Positions 48,658 to 61,938 of a DNA stretch of 64,000 nt are shown here, piece by piece. Origin of the DNA: Squalus acanthias (lineage: Eukaryota); the NCBI GenBank assembly GCA_030390025.1, contig CM059432.1:85128001-85192000 (forward strand), given 5' to 3'. Positions within the stretch are counted from its first letter, which is position 1. Each line of letters begins with the position of its first letter. A model generated the notes under the pieces. It had not been told where the DNA came from, ran no database searches, and saw nothing but the letters and a program-made list of their open reading frames with translations. The translations under genes were made by a program, and so were the position numbers.

Positions 48658-50080
48658 GGCCCGGAATTTGTGGTCAGCGGCGAAGGAACGGCACTCGTCG
48701 TTCACTATGCTGACAGCTGCCAACAGAGTTTCTGCTGGCTTTTGAGCAGAGACTTGCTGTCATCGGGCGTCTGATCCAGCACAGTGCCCTCTCCAGGGGA
48801 TCTGTGGCATCTGTGAGCAGAGCAAGAAACAGCAAGGCTCTTCAACCAATCAGATTGAAGAATCCTCACTAAGACATGCAGGTGGGTTGGGATCGGGTGA
48901 GATGTAAAAATGTTTTAAATCTCAAACCCGACCCCAACCCACCTCCAGCAAAACCACGGAGGCAGGTTGGTCATTTAAATATTATAATGAGGCTTGAACC
49001 CCACAATTAACCTGTCTTACAGGTTTAACCCCGGCCGGCTGGGTTTCCCGGGCCTTGGGGAACTCGGCAGCTCAAGGGAGGTGAGGACAACTTTTGGGAA
49101 AAGGTAAGTGCTCTTACAGTGCTCTTAGTGGACCAGGAGGAGCAGGAGTGTTTCCTCCCAGCCCACCAAGCTATGTTCTTCCCTGCCATTGGACCTCCCC
49201 CCCACCCATCCAACGAACCCCACCTCACCCCGGGATCGGGAATTCAAACCCCCCCCGGATCAGGGATCCGACCCACCCTAGATCTGATTTCCGCACGCTC
49301 CCACTGACGCAGCAGTAGGTTTATTACCTGCTCCTGCGGCCTTCTCCAGAGTGTTTCCCGCCTGATACGGAGCCAAGCCTGCCAATCAGGCTGGCTTCCA
49401 GGTGGGGAACCTGTTGAAGAAAACAGATGCACGCTGTGGAAAACTTCACAGCATGCAGGAAACCTGGACTTCCGGGTTTTCTAACCAAATCTCCTCCCCA
49501 CCACTTACACAAACCACCCGTCAATATCGGGGCCGTAGAGTCTAAACCAGGAAGTATAAGCCAGGAATTATAAATTAGATTTAAATCATATACAGAAAGC
49601 AAAATAAAGATTGGAAAAGAAAGATGGGATTAGATAAAAGAAACAGACAGAAAAAGTAAAAAAAAAATTTTAAAAAAAATCTCCAAAACTAATTCAATTC
49701 TGAAGAAATGAGACCCCAGACATGCTAAATTAAAGTTTCAGGGCTAGAGAAGTTGTTTGGCAGTAATTATGACTGATCATGTCATTAAAAATTCACTTAG
49801 TCCTGAGTACACCAGCCCTAACTTTTGCTGCCATGTTTAGTGAGCAACTAGTGGGTAAGTACCACAACTTCACACCCTTACATTGCTTTCAATGCCGAGT
49901 CTATCCGCGAGGTACTTTTATAGCGCAACCTGTGGAGGAGCAGGGTAAATTGGACTGCAACTTCCGGATCTCCGCAGTTAACTGCACATATGCGTACTCC
50001 AGAAGATGCTGTCTGATTTACTCCATAATAATGGTGAGCGCTGATAGCCTCACCGTTATTCTCAACGCAAAATCCAGGCC
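48658..50080. mobile_element. Composite of old non-autonomous Harbinger-like elements
   Basis: Terminus-like motifs GGCCCGGAATTT (48658), AATATCGGGGCC (49534), AAAATCCAGGCC (50080). Confidence 0.4.
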
Positions 50081-50149
50081 ATTTTCTCCTAACCTTTCTC
50101 CTCATTATCTTAGTGACAATTTTACATTGATAATCCCTCATCCCCAACC

Positions 50150-53100
50150 AGAGGAAATTATCTTTCCGTATTCACTCTATCAAAGCCCTTGATAATTTAA
50201 AATACTTCTATTAAATCTCCCCATAACCTTCTCTGCTCTACTCAAAATAGTCCCAGCATCTCAAGCTTCTCTTCCATTCCTGGCATTGTCCTGCTGAATC
50301 TACACTTTATGCTTTCTACGGCCTAACCAATGTTCTGTACAAACTTATTGTTACTTCTCTTTTATGCATCTCTTTTATGATCCTCCTGTTTTCTAAACCT
50401 CCTACTTTTGTGCTTTCAGCAAATTTAGAGATGATTTCCCTATATCCAAGTCCAATCATCTATATATACCAAAAACACTTTGAGCCGTTCTCCAATCCTA
50501 ACACCCATTTACCCTTCACCCTTTACTTCCTTCCCGCCAAGCAGCTTTCTATCCATGTGGCTACTTTTCCTCTTATAATATAGAACCATAGAATGATACA
50601 ACACAGAAGGAGGCCATTCGGCCCATCGTGTTGTGCCAGCTCTTTGAAAGAGCTATCCAACTAATTCCACTCTCCTGCTCTTTCCCTGAATTTTTTTTTC
50701 CTTCAAGTATTTATCCAATTCCCTTTTTAAAGTCATTATTGAATATGCTTCCACTATCCTTTCATTCCAGATCATAACAACTCACTATAAAAAAATGTCT
50801 CCTCATCTCGCCACCAGTTCTTTTGCCAATTACCTTGAATCTGTCCTCTGGTTACCGACCCTTCTGCCACTGGAAACAGTTTCTCCTTATTTACCCTATC
50901 AAAACCCTTCATGATTTTGAACACTTCTATTACATTTCCCCTTAGCCTTCTCTCTCTAAGGGGAACAACATAGGAACAGGAGTAGGCCATTCAGCCCCTC
51001 GAGCCTGTTCCGCCATTCATTGAGATTATGGCTGACCTGCATCATAAGCCTATTCACCTGCCTTGGCTACATATCCGTTTATACCCTTGTCTAGCAAAAA
51101 ATCTCTCAATCTCAGATTTAAAATTATTAAATGAGCTAGCATCTACTGCTTTTGTGGGAGAGAGTTCCACCCTTCTACCTGATTTTAAGGTTATATCCCC
51201 TTGTCCTAGACTCCCCCACGAGCAGAAAAAGTTTATTTCTATCTACCCTATTAATTCCTTTCAAAATCCTAAAAACGTCAATCAACTCACCCCTTAACTT
51301 TCTATATTTAAGGGAATACAAGCCTAGTTTTAACTCTCCTCTTAATCTCATATATAGTGTCAGCTGTGGTTCAGTGGGTAGCACACTCGCCTCTGAGTCA
51401 GAAGGTTGTGGGTTCAAGTCCCATTCCATGAGCATATAAATCTAGGCTGGCGCTCCAGTGCAGTGCTGAGGAAAAGCTGCACTGTTGGAGGTGCCGTCTT
51501 TCAGATGAGACGTTAAACCGAGGCCACTGTCTGCTCTCTCAAGTGAATGTAAAAGATCCCGTGGCACTATTTTGAAGAAGAGCAGCGGAGTTATCCCTGG
51601 TGTGACTAGAAGGCTGTTTCCAGTGGGGTTCTGCAGGGCTCAGTCTCTTGCTTTTTCTGGTATATATCAATGATTTAGACTTCGATGTAGGGGGCATGAT
51701 TAAGAAGTTTACAAATGATACAAAAATTGGCCATGTGGTTGATAGTGAGGAAGAAAGCTATAGACTGCAGGAAGATATCAATGGACTAGTCAGGTGGGCA
51801 GAAAAGTGGCAAATGGAATTCAATCTGGAGAAGTGTGAGGTAATGCATTTTGGGGAGGGCTAACAAGGCAAGGGAGTACACAATAAATGGTAGGATACTG
51901 AGAAGTGTAGAGGAACAGAGGGACTTTGGAGTGCATGTCCACAGATCCCTGAAGGTAGCAGGACAGGTAGATAAGGTGGTTAAGAAGGCATCCAGGATAC
52001 TTTCCTTTATTAGTCGAGGCATAGAATATAAGAGTAGGGAGGTTATGCTTGAACTGTATAAAACACTAGTTGGGCCACAGCTAGAGTACTGCGTATAGTT
52101 CTGGTCACCACATTACAGGAAAGATGTGATTGCACTGGAGAGGACTGGAGAATTTTAGCTATGAGGAAAGATTGGATAGGCTGGGCTTGTTTTCTTTGGA
52201 ACAGAGGAAGCTGAGGGGAGACTTAATTGAGGTATATAAAATTATGAGGGACCTAGATCAAGTGAATAGGAAGGACCTATTTCCCTTAGCAGAAAGGTAA
52301 ATAACTGGGGGGTATAGATTTAAAGTAATTGGTAGAAGGATTAGAGGGGAGTTGAGGAGAACTTTTTTCAACCAAAGGGCAGTGGGGGTCTGGAACTCTG
52401 CCTGAAAGGGTGGTAGAGATAGAAACCCTCAACACATTTAAAAAGTACTTGGATATGCACTTGAAGTGCCGGAACCTACAAGGCTACGGACCAAGAGTTG
52501 GAAAGTGGGATTAGGCTGGATCGCTCTTATTCGTCCGTCACATACACGATGGGCCGAATGGTCTCTTTCTGTGCCGTAAATTTCTATGTTTCTACCTCCT
52601 CCATTACTGTGGCCGTGGCAGTATCCTCTTCTTTTAGTGAAGACAGTTGCAAAGTATTCATTTACTACCTCAGCCATGCCCTCTGCCTCCACAAGTTCTC
52701 CTTTTTGGTCCCTAATTGGCTCCCCCTCCCCTTCCTTTGACTAACCTTCCACTATTTATATGTTTATAAAACATTTTTGGGTTCCCTTTTATGTTACCCA
52801 CTAATATATTCTCATACACTCTCTTTGCCCCTCTTATTTCCTTTTTCAGTTCTCCTCTGTACTTTCTTTATTCAGCTTGTTTCTCTACTTTATTATGAGC
52901 CTATCATTTAGCATAAGCCTCCTTTTTCTGTTTCATTTTAATCTCTATCTTTAGTCATCCAGGGAAATCTAGCTTTGGATGCCCTTCCTTTCCCTTTCCT
53001 AGGACGGTGTCTAGTCTGTAACCTGAACTATCTCCTCTTTGAAGGCCTTCCATTGCTCATTTACTGTCTTACCTGCCAATCTTTGATTCCAATCCACCTG

Positions 53101-53200
53101 GGCCAGATCTCTTTTCAACTCACTGCTTATAAAAGGTCATACTGTTTCCTCATATTATCTGCTAGCCTGTTTCCATATTCACTTTTAGCCCTTCTAATCC
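50150..53200. mobile_element. Cluster of CR1 fragments: minus 50150-51350, plus 51604-52590, minus 52590-53200
   Basis: RLRGNVIEVFKI, KFTNDTKIG, GPQLEYC, MEAEGMAEVVNEYF. Confidence 0.8.
51357..51603 (+). mobile_element. DeuSINE 5' half
   Basis: GTGTCAGCTGTGGTTCAGTGGGTAGCA..GGTTCAAGTCCC; GGTGCCGTCTTTCAGATGAGACGTTAAACCGAGG. Confidence 0.8.
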
Positions 53201-53283
53201 ATGAATCTTTGATGCTTCTTCGGTTCTTGCGGCTTAAGTGTAATCTATAGCCACAATGCATTGTGAATGGTTAAGAACATAAA

Positions 53284-56200
53284 GGGTTAAAAATTCGATA
53301 GCCCCTGAAAACAGGTGTGGGGTTCGCGATGTGCGATTAACCCGCGCCCGTTCAAAATAATGCAGGCAGCACACAAATTTCGTGCTGCCTGCGAATTTAA
53401 ATGATAGTGGCATGCAGCCCAGCACTAAACACGCTGCTGAGTGGCTGCATGATCAGCAGGGGGCCCAAGTTCGTGCGAGGCTAGCACCAATTAAAGCTAG
53501 CCTGAAGTTCTTAAAGCCAGCTGGCACCTCTTAAATGGAGGTGCAGTTTGACAGCACCAGGTGCTGGAAGTAATTGCAGAAGGGAGTATTACCTGGGAAA
53601 CATACAGGAATGGCACAGCAGGCCAGAGAAAGGGCTCCAAGGTTCTCAGACGCAGCACTGGGGGCCTTCGTACAGGAGGTGGAGAGGAGGAGAGAGGTCC
53701 TGTTTCCACAGGGGGGCCAGGAGGCCCTCTAGACAGACACTGCAAACGTAGTGGCAGCAGATAACCACGGAGGTCAATGCCAACAGTGTTGCCCCAAGGA
53801 ACTGACTGCAGTGCTGGAAAACGTTCAGTGACCTCACATGAGTGGTCAAGGTCAGTGATTGCATCTTCAAATGCCATATCCCACAAAGTGCACCACTAGC
53901 CTTACCCACTGCTCAATTCATCACAGCCCCATTACTCACCTACTAACAATATCTATCAATGACTTATACCTCACATTCATATGCTCCATCTCACCCTCAC
54001 ACACTTACCACTGCTGCAAGCTTCACACCCACATCTCACAGCTTGCACAAACTGCCAGCTATTCAAGCATGACCGCCATATCACCCAAACAATGTGAACC
54101 ACAATCACTGACACACTTCTCTCTCTCTTGCAGGACAAGGCGGCACACATAGGCAGTGGCAGCTAACCGGAGGGGGACAGGCGCGCCTCCATATCCTGAC
54201 CTTGCTCGAGGAGACGGTGCTCACCATAATTAGAGTGGCAGTGACTGAGGCCGTGGCCAGCGGCGCGCTGAAACCATTGAACATGACGGAATACTAATAT
54301 CTAATCCTCGTTCTCAGATCCCACTTACCCCTCATCCCACAATCTCTTCTGATTTACAAGCTACAGATGGTGTAAGTATGCACCTCTTGCTTTCCCCCCT
54401 CCCACTCAGCACAACCCTACCTTTGTGCCTTCCTCATTTCAGAGACCCAAGAAATACAACCTGTCCAGGCAGTGGTGCAAGAGGAAGAAGAAGAGGAGAG
54501 TGATGATGAAGAAGAAACACCATTACTTGATCTGACAGTCGCGACTACCAGCTCAGACACTGGCACTGTGCGGACTTTAGAGGGTAGCTTAGAGGCGGTA
54601 TCTGCATGTGGTGAGCCACTGGCAACAGTGGCCTGCAGCCAGGTCAGGGGGAATGGGTAGCGCAGGTGCCAGCTCCCTGGAGGGCGAGGTCACACACGAG
54701 TTCTGCTGCACAGGACGCAGGTGAGGAATTCGATAGGACAACCTACAGAACAAAGCTGATAAGTACGCACAAAAAAGTGCTTGGTGCACTGGCAGGCCTG
54801 CTAGAAAGCCTGAATGCAATGTCAAAGTGCGTGGAGGAGTCCAGCTCCAACCTTGCACAGGGTTTTGCGCAGAGCTTGGAGCCCATCCTTTCCAGTGTGG
54901 AAGGGGTAGGCAGATCCATTAGCGCATTTGTGGACCCAACCATGATGCAGCATCTGATGGCCACTGTCTCAGCTTCCATTGCAGCACAAGCAGAAGCCAC
55001 CCAACATCTGAATGCTGCAATGGAAGCTCAGACTGCTGTCATGCAAGCTCAGCTTGCTGCCACGCAAACACTGACTGCTGCCATCATGGCTGGTTTTACC
55101 AGTGTTGAAAAGGGCTTACAGGGTGTCACAGCAGTCCAGCAATCTCTCTTCCAGCAGGGCAAGTGGCAGTGGCTCCGTGGATGACAAACCTGCTGTCCTC
55201 TCTCAGGATGACTGCATTTGTCCTCCCACCACTGCCACTCCGTCAGTGCCCCGGCTGTTGCCTGTCAGCGAGGCAGCCCAGACTGCTGCCGCCCATGCTG
55301 AGGTAGTGCAGTCCAAAGCCGGGTCTACTCGGTCCAGAGCTCCTCGAGGTCATCCTGCAAGGCCATCTGCAGTTTCCCTCACTGAAAGTCAGTTGCTTTC
55401 GACGAGCCGTGCTGCAGCCACTAGGGTAGTGCTGCGTAGGAGCACTAGGACAGGCAAAGGCACACTGAAGACAGGCACCAAGGGAATGCATAAGAGTGAT
55501 TAGTTGACTTTTGAATGAAATATTGTAATGGTTTGATTCATAAAATTGGTTTGGAATGTTTGTTTTGTGATGGCTTTTATTGTAGCTTTGTGACCGTGAG
55601 GACAAAGTGATGGTCAGCAACAGAGGGAAGGTGAGGTGTGGAACTATTGCTGAATGTGGAATTCGGGTTGCGTTCACTGGTACTGTAGTTGGATGAGTCG
55701 ATCATAAACAGCCCGGGCAGAAAGGGGCTATCTGGGTTGCCTCCTCCCTTCCGCTTCCTCCTATTCTGCTTCCTCATCCTCCTCTTCCGCTTCTTCCATT
55801 CCTCATCCTCTTCCTCCTTCTCCTCAGCTCTCGCAGTATGACTGGTGGCAAGGGCTGTGCCTTCATGATGGCGAGTTTGTGAAGCATACAGCATGCCATG
55901 ACGAATCTTGAGATGCACTCTGGTGAGTACTGCAGGGCTCCTCCAGAGCAGTCTAGGCAGAGGAGGCGTTGTTTAAGGATGCCATTGGTCTGCTCTATCA
56001 GATTCCGTGTGGCAGCATGGCTTTTGTTATATGCATGCTGCGCACGTGCGCGTGAGTTGCGCAGTGGCGTCATGAGCCAAGTGGTCAACGGATAGCCCTT
56101 GTCACCCAGTACCCACTCTCTCATTTGTCTTGGTGGCTCAAATGCGGATGGTACAGCGGACTGCCGCAGAATTAAGTCATCATAACTGCTGCCAGGATAC

Positions 56201-56405
56201 CAAGCATTGACCTGCGTGATGCGCTGAGTATGGGCGCACACCAGCTGGGCATTGAGGAAGTGGAATCCCTTCCAGTTGCGGCACACCTCCAAATTGAGAT
56301 GCGGCGCCCGCAAAGCAACGTGTGTAGTCAATGGCATTCTGCACCATGGGGAAGCCTGTTATCCTGGCGAAGCTGCGTGCTCACTCCGCCTGCTTCTCTC
56401 TGCAG
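53284..56405. mobile_element. Decayed Harbinger: left end, Myb pseudogene (+, 53610-55503), 3' half of transposase (-, 56405-55680)
   Basis: Terminus GGGTTAAAAATTCG; Myb exons homologous to 15323-17066; VLGDKGYP, IEQTNGILKQR. Confidence 0.8.
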
Positions 56406-56418
56406 CCTAAATGCTGAG

Positions 56419-56980
56419 ATAAGAACATAAGAAATAGAAATAGGAGTAGGCCATTTGGCCCTTCGAGTCTGCTCTGCCATTCAATAAGATCATGGCTGAT
56501 CTTCTGCCTCAACTCCAACTTCCTGCACTATCCCCATATCCCTTGATTCCCTTGATATCCAAAAATCTATTTATATCTGTCTTGAATATACTCAATGACT
56601 GAGCATCCACAGGCCTTTGGGGTAGAGAATTCCAAAGTTTGACAACCTTTTGAGTGAAGAAATTTCCCCTCACCTCAATCCTAAATGGTTGACCCCTTAT
56701 TCTGAGAGTGTGACCCCTAGTTCAAGACTCCCCAGCCAGGGGAAACACCTCCCTGTATCTACCCTGTCAAGCCCTGTAAGAATTTTATATGTTTCAATGA
56801 GATCACCCCTCATTCTTCTAAATTCTGGGGAATATAGGCCTAGTCTCCTCAATCTCTCATCAGAGGACAATCCCTCCATCCCAGGAATCAATCTGGTGAA
56901 CCTTTGTTGCACTCCCTCTAAGGCAAGTGTATCCTTCCTTAGGTAAGGAGACCAAGACTGTACACAGTACTGCAGGTGTG
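56419..56980 (-). mobile_element. CR1 3' end
   Basis: QRFTRLIPGM..RMRGDLIETYKI. Confidence 0.85.
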
Positions 56981-57960
56981 GAGAGGTACCGCAACGGCAA
57001 AGGTTTCCACTCAGTGCAGTTGGTGTGCGACCATGTTCAGCACATCATGATGGTGAATGCCCAGTATCCTGGCAGCAGTCATGATGCTTTTATTCTGTGC
57101 CAGTCTGCTGTTCCCTCAGTCTTTGAGCCAACAAGACAAACCAGAGGTTGGCTACTAATTTTCTGTTTTTATTTAAGACAAACCAGAGGTTGGCTATTTG
57201 GCGACAAGGGCTATCCCTTGACCACCTGGCTTATGACTCCACTCCGCAACCCAACCACACGTGGCCAACATGCGTACAACAAAAACTCTGCTGCCATATG
57301 AAACATCATAGAGCACACCATTGGGGTGCTGAAGCAACGGTTGCACTGCCTGACCCTCTCTGGAGGAGCCCTACAGTACTCACTGGAGCATGTATACCAA
57401 TTCGTGGTGGTCTGCTGTATCCTCCACAACCTGGCCATCATGAGGGCACAGCCCTTGCCACCAGGGATATGGCCACCAGGTCAGGAGCAGGAGGAGGAGG
57501 AGGAAGAGGAGAGGAAGAGGAGGAGGAGGAGGAGGAAGAGGAGGAAGAGGAGGAGGAGGAGGAAGATGAGGAAACGGAAGAGAAGGAAATGAAAGATGAG
57601 GAGGAAGCAGAAGTTAGGACGCAACCCAGACAGCCCCTTTGTGGCCGTGATATCCGGGATTGAAACATCCGTCTGCAGTACGAGTGAACGCAACCCCAAT
57701 TCCCCATTCAACATTAGTACCACACCTTACTTTCCCTCTGTTAATGACCATCACAGCGTCCTCTTGATCACAATGCTGAAACAAAAGCCACCACACAGCA
57801 AACATTCCAACTTCATACATCTATCCATCCAATATGACATCAAGAAATCAACTCATCGTGTTTGTGAATTCCCTTAATCACTGTCTTGCGCGTGCCTTAG
57901 CATATCCTAGTGCTCCTATGCAGTGCTACCCTTGTGGCTGCAGGATGGCTGATGGAAAGT
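56981..57960 (+). pseudogene. Harbinger transposase 3' half with long (GAR)n acidic tail, followed by the 3' tip of the facing Myb gene
   Basis: KGFHSVQLVCDH, SSHDAF, GDKGYP, VVCCILHNLA; purine triplet run 57485-57607. Confidence 0.8.
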
Positions 57961-58079
57961 GGCATGACGCGATCTGAACTCCAATAGTTAAAGGGCCAAT
58001 CCGGAGATGGAATTTCATCATGATAAGTTGCAACATTCTTACCTTGCCAGTCACAATTCATATCTTTTATCTCTGATCG

Positions 58080-59010
58080 GACCTTCACGCGTGCAGCAGC
58101 AGCAGTTGGTGGACCTCGCTGATGACGATTCCTCAGAGGAGCTGATTCCTTCTGAGGGTGTATCAGACTCATGTATACCGTACACCAACTCAGATACTTA
58201 GACAGATAGCTGGGTTTTCACCTGGTGACTCACACTTCACAAGTGAGCTAGAGCAGATGGTGGTGGCAGGGACAGCAGTGGAGAATCCATGATAGAGGGC
58301 ACACCTGGCCACAGATGCTTTGCCCCGGGGGCCATTGATGAAAAGGAAAATCATTAAGCAGCAGCAGAGAATGTGCAATGCACTGACAGACCCCAATTGC
58401 AGAGAGAATGTAGGAGTCTGCCTCAAGCATGAGCAGGTTGATGTCGCAGGGCATTGCGATGATGTGTTCTTCCATGGATAGAGTGGCCAGCACCGTGGAA
58501 CATCAAAAGCTGCAATCAAATGAGTCCATGCACACCTTGACCACAGCCATGCACAGTCTGGATGCCAACATGTCTGCCACCTTAAATAGGATGACCTTAG
58601 CCTTGGGCTTACAGTGTCGCACTGATCAGCACCAAAATAATTTCCAGCAGAATGGTAGCAGTGAAATGCGGCTGGGCCATGAGCGGGATGATGGTGAAAA
58701 GGGACATGGAAGTAGGGACTCCACTCAAAGCGCTTTTGTTCCTTGCCCGTTGCCCACCCCAGACAGTACCCGACTTGCTGGTTCATCTCCCGATGGCCGA
58801 GACTGCCCGTGCACAGGTGCAGGTGGAGCAGTCTTTGGTGCGGCCCTTATGGGCTCCAAAACTCAGAGGTTGTCAGCCAAGAGCATCTCAGTAGTCAGAG
58901 CAGGGATCTGAGCAGCCTGCCTCGACCTCTGCTGAAGTCACAGGGGTTGCACAATGTAGGAGTGGAAGGAAAAGCAAGGCTTTGTAGATGCACAAAGATA
59001 TGCACATGGG
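58080..59010 (+). pseudogene. Exon 3 of a Harbinger Myb gene of the 35814 family, decayed
   Basis: Acceptor near 58080; SMDRVASTVE..ATLNRMT resembles SMERMATSME..VLNRMT of 38217-38738. Confidence 0.55.
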
Positions 59011-59122
59011 TGTATGAGAAATGTAGTGTTGTGAAGTTTCTATTGTTTAATTCAAGCACATTTATGTTATTCTTTTACACCACTTTCTCATCTTGCCCAT
59101 TCTTGGTTGCTGAGTGGCAACT

Positions 59123-59966
59123 TAAGAACATAAGAAATAGGAACAAAAGTAGGTCATGCGGGCCCTCCAGCCTGCTCCACCATTCAATAAGATCATGGCT
59201 GATCTTCTACCTCAACTCCACTTTCCTGTCTGATCCACATATCCCTTGATTCCCTAGAGTCCAAAAATCTATCTATCTCAGACTTGAATATACTTAACAA
59301 CTCAGCATTCACAGCCCTTTGGGGTAGAGAATTCCAAAGTAGAGAAGCACCAAGGGGCAGAAAAAATTGGTGGGAGTTGTCTATAGGCCTCCAAACAGTA
59401 ATGGTAATGTAGGGGATGGCATCAAACAGGAAATTAGAGATGCATGTAACAAGGGTACTACACTAATCATGGGTGACTTTAATCTACATATAGACTGGCC
59501 AAAACAAATTAGCAATAATACTGTGGAGGATGAATTCCTGGAGTGTGTACGAGATGGTTTTTTAGACCAGTACATTGAGGAGCCAACTAGGGAACAGGCT
59601 ATCCTAGATTGGGTATTGTGTAATGAGAAGGGGTTAATTAATAATCTTGTTGTGCGGGGTCCTTTAGGGAAGAGTGACCATAACATGATAGAATTCTTCA
59701 TTAAGATGGAAAGTGAAGAAGTCCAATCTGAAACGAGGGTCCTAAATCTAAACAAAGGAAACTACGAAGGTATGAGGAGTGAGTTGGCGATGATAGATTG
59801 AGGAGCTTCATTAAAAGGCATGATGGTGGATAGGCAATGGCTAACATTTAAGGAATGAATGCATGAATTGCAACAGTTATACATTCCTTTCTGGCGCAAA
59901 AACACAAAAGGAAAAGCGGCCCAACCATGGGAAACAAACGAAATTAAGGATGGTATTAGATCCAAA
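59123..59966. mobile_element. CR1 3' tail (-, 59123-59340) joined to a CR1 APE endonuclease fragment (+, 59341-59966)
   Basis: VYRPP, MGDFN, LDWVL, SDHNMI. Confidence 0.85.
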
Positions 59967-60478
59967 GGGGGAAAAATTCAGTTGGTTGCGCCTCCTGTTA
60001 GCGCCTTAAGAGGGCGCTAATGGGGCGCAAAGCAACTAGCGCCTGGGCACAGCGATGTTTGCGCCGCTCGCGAACTTAACTAGACATTTTGCGGCGGCGC
60101 TAAACTTTACTGCCGCGATCTCCTGCGCACGCAGATCTTGACATCATACGAGAGTGCAACGCCCTTGTGGCGCCCCGGAGCGGAAATTGAGTGGCGCCCC
60201 CATCCTTTCCGCCTGGCACAACCAACGACCGGAAGACTGGAACGCTACCAGTCGCTGTGGGGCTGGGGGGGCGCTATTTAAAGGGGGCCTCTTCCTGTCT
60301 TTCTCTGTGGTTGACATTTTTGCACCACTCGTTCTGAATGAGAGAGAGAGAGATTCGGAGAGAGAGAAAGAGAGACTTCTGCATTGAGTCAACGCTGTGT
60401 GAGGTAGTTTTGGCTACTGATCATAACTTGGCAGGTACTTTGGTTTTTGGCCTTCATAACTTTGATTGCTAAGAGACT

Positions 60479-61639
60479 ATGGGGGCTGCACTGATTGGGG
60501 GCGTCGTCCTGCGCCACCAGAATCGGAGGACACAGAGACGCAGAGAGAGAGTGGCAATCATGGCCAGACGGAGGAGGGCCAACAGGCCTCTGTACAGGAG
60601 ACCTTACCCTCCCAGGGTATATCGTCAACAGCTCTCCTACATTCATATGTCTGAGGAGCAGTGTTTGCGAAGGCTGCGCTTCAGCAAGGAGGTGGTCACT
60701 GAGCTCTGCCACCTGCTGCAGCCAGATCTGCAACCTCAACTGAGGTCCAGGACGTCTCTGTCAGTGGCAGTGAAGATCACAGTGGCTCTGAACTTTTATG
60801 CCACTGGCTCATTTCAATCTGCTACTGGGGACATCGCCAATATCTCCCAGTTCGCGGTGCATTGCTGCATCCGTCAGGTCACAAATGCCCTCTTTAAAAG
60901 GAGACGAGAGTACATCTCTTTCCCCATGACCCCAGACAAGCAGCATGAACGCGCTATGGGCTTTGCGAGGATAGCGGGCTTCCCCATGGTGCAGGGCGCC
61001 ATTGACTGCACGCATGTGGCTTTGCGTGCTCCGCATGAGAATGCCGAGGATTTCTGGAACAGAAAGGGGTTCCATTCCTTGAACGTTCAGTTGGTCTGTG
61101 ACCACAGACAGCTGATACTCGCTGTCAATGCCCACTATCCTGGCAGCGGCCACGATGCATTCATCCTGCGCCAGACTACTGTGGCAGAACTTTTTGAGGC
61201 ACCGCATCAGCCAGTTGTTTGGCTTCTCGGGGACAAGGGGTATCCACTGAGCACCTGGCTGATGACACCGCTCCGTACGCCCAACACCCCTGCTGAGCTG
61301 CGGTACAACGAGAGCCATCAAGCTACCAGGAACATCGTTGAGCACACAATCGGCGTGCTCAAGCAATGGTTCCGCTGTCTGGACCATTCTGGAGGAGCCC
61401 TGCAGTACTCGCCTGAGCGAGTTTCCCACTTCGTAGTTGTGTGCTGCATGCTGCATAACATGGCAATCCTCAGGACCCAGCCAATGCCACCAGGCCTTGG
61501 AGCACCACCAGAGGAGGAGAAGGAAGAGGAGGAAGAGGAGGAGGAGGATGATCATCAGCAGCACCAAGGCGGGAGGGCGGCCCACAATGTTGAAACTGCA
61601 AGGGCCGTCCGTCAACGGCTGATAGCAAGCCGCTTCTAG
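60479..61639 (+). CDS. Harbinger HARBI1-like DDE transposase, 386 aa, intact
   Basis: [37 protein letters not shown], acidic tail. Confidence 0.95.
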   Translation: MGAALIGGVVLRHQNRRTQRRRERVAIMARRRRANRPLYRRPYPPRVYRQQLSYIHMSEEQCLRRLRFSKEVVTELCHLLQPDLQPQLRSRTSLSVAVKITVALNFYATGSFQSATGDIANISQFAVHCCIRQVTNALFKRRREYISFPMTPDKQHERAMGFARIAGFPMVQGAIDCTHVALRAPHENAEDFWNRKGFHSLNVQLVCDHRQLILAVNAHYPGSGHDAFILRQTTVAELFEAPHQPVVWLLGDKGYPLSTWLMTPLRTPNTPAELRYNESHQATRNIVEHTIGVLKQWFRCLDHSGGALQYSPERVSHFVVVCCMLHNMAILRTQPMPPGLGAPPEEEKEEEEEEEEDDHQQHQGGRAAHNVETARAVRQRLIASRF

Positions 61640-61938
61640 GCCCCTGCTGAGGAAATGGCTTCTGCCATTGAGAACAACATGAATGAAACCAACCCGCAAC
61701 CCCTAAGCCGGCCAAGGCACCAATGATTCCAAAGACCAAACATGTATATTTTGAATACAAAAACTTATTTATTTCAGAAACTCTGTGTGTGTCATTTCCT
61801 CATAACAAACTAATAGAAAGAAACACAAAAACACAGTCATTAACAGAACTGGTTCTCATAACCTGGAGATAATGTTCAAAAGTTTGACCACGAATCTTAG
61901 CCTTTAATAAAAAAATTACCAACATTTTGTCACACCTC

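Noticed and set aside
51357..51430. tRNA gene (also about 20615-20687 and 8610-8695)
   Set aside because: A/B boxes run directly into SINE bodies; these are SINE heads
60809..61699. 296-aa antisense ORF and similar shadow ORFs over transposases and Penelope
   Set aside because: Antisense shadows of GC-rich coding sequence, not conserved among related copies
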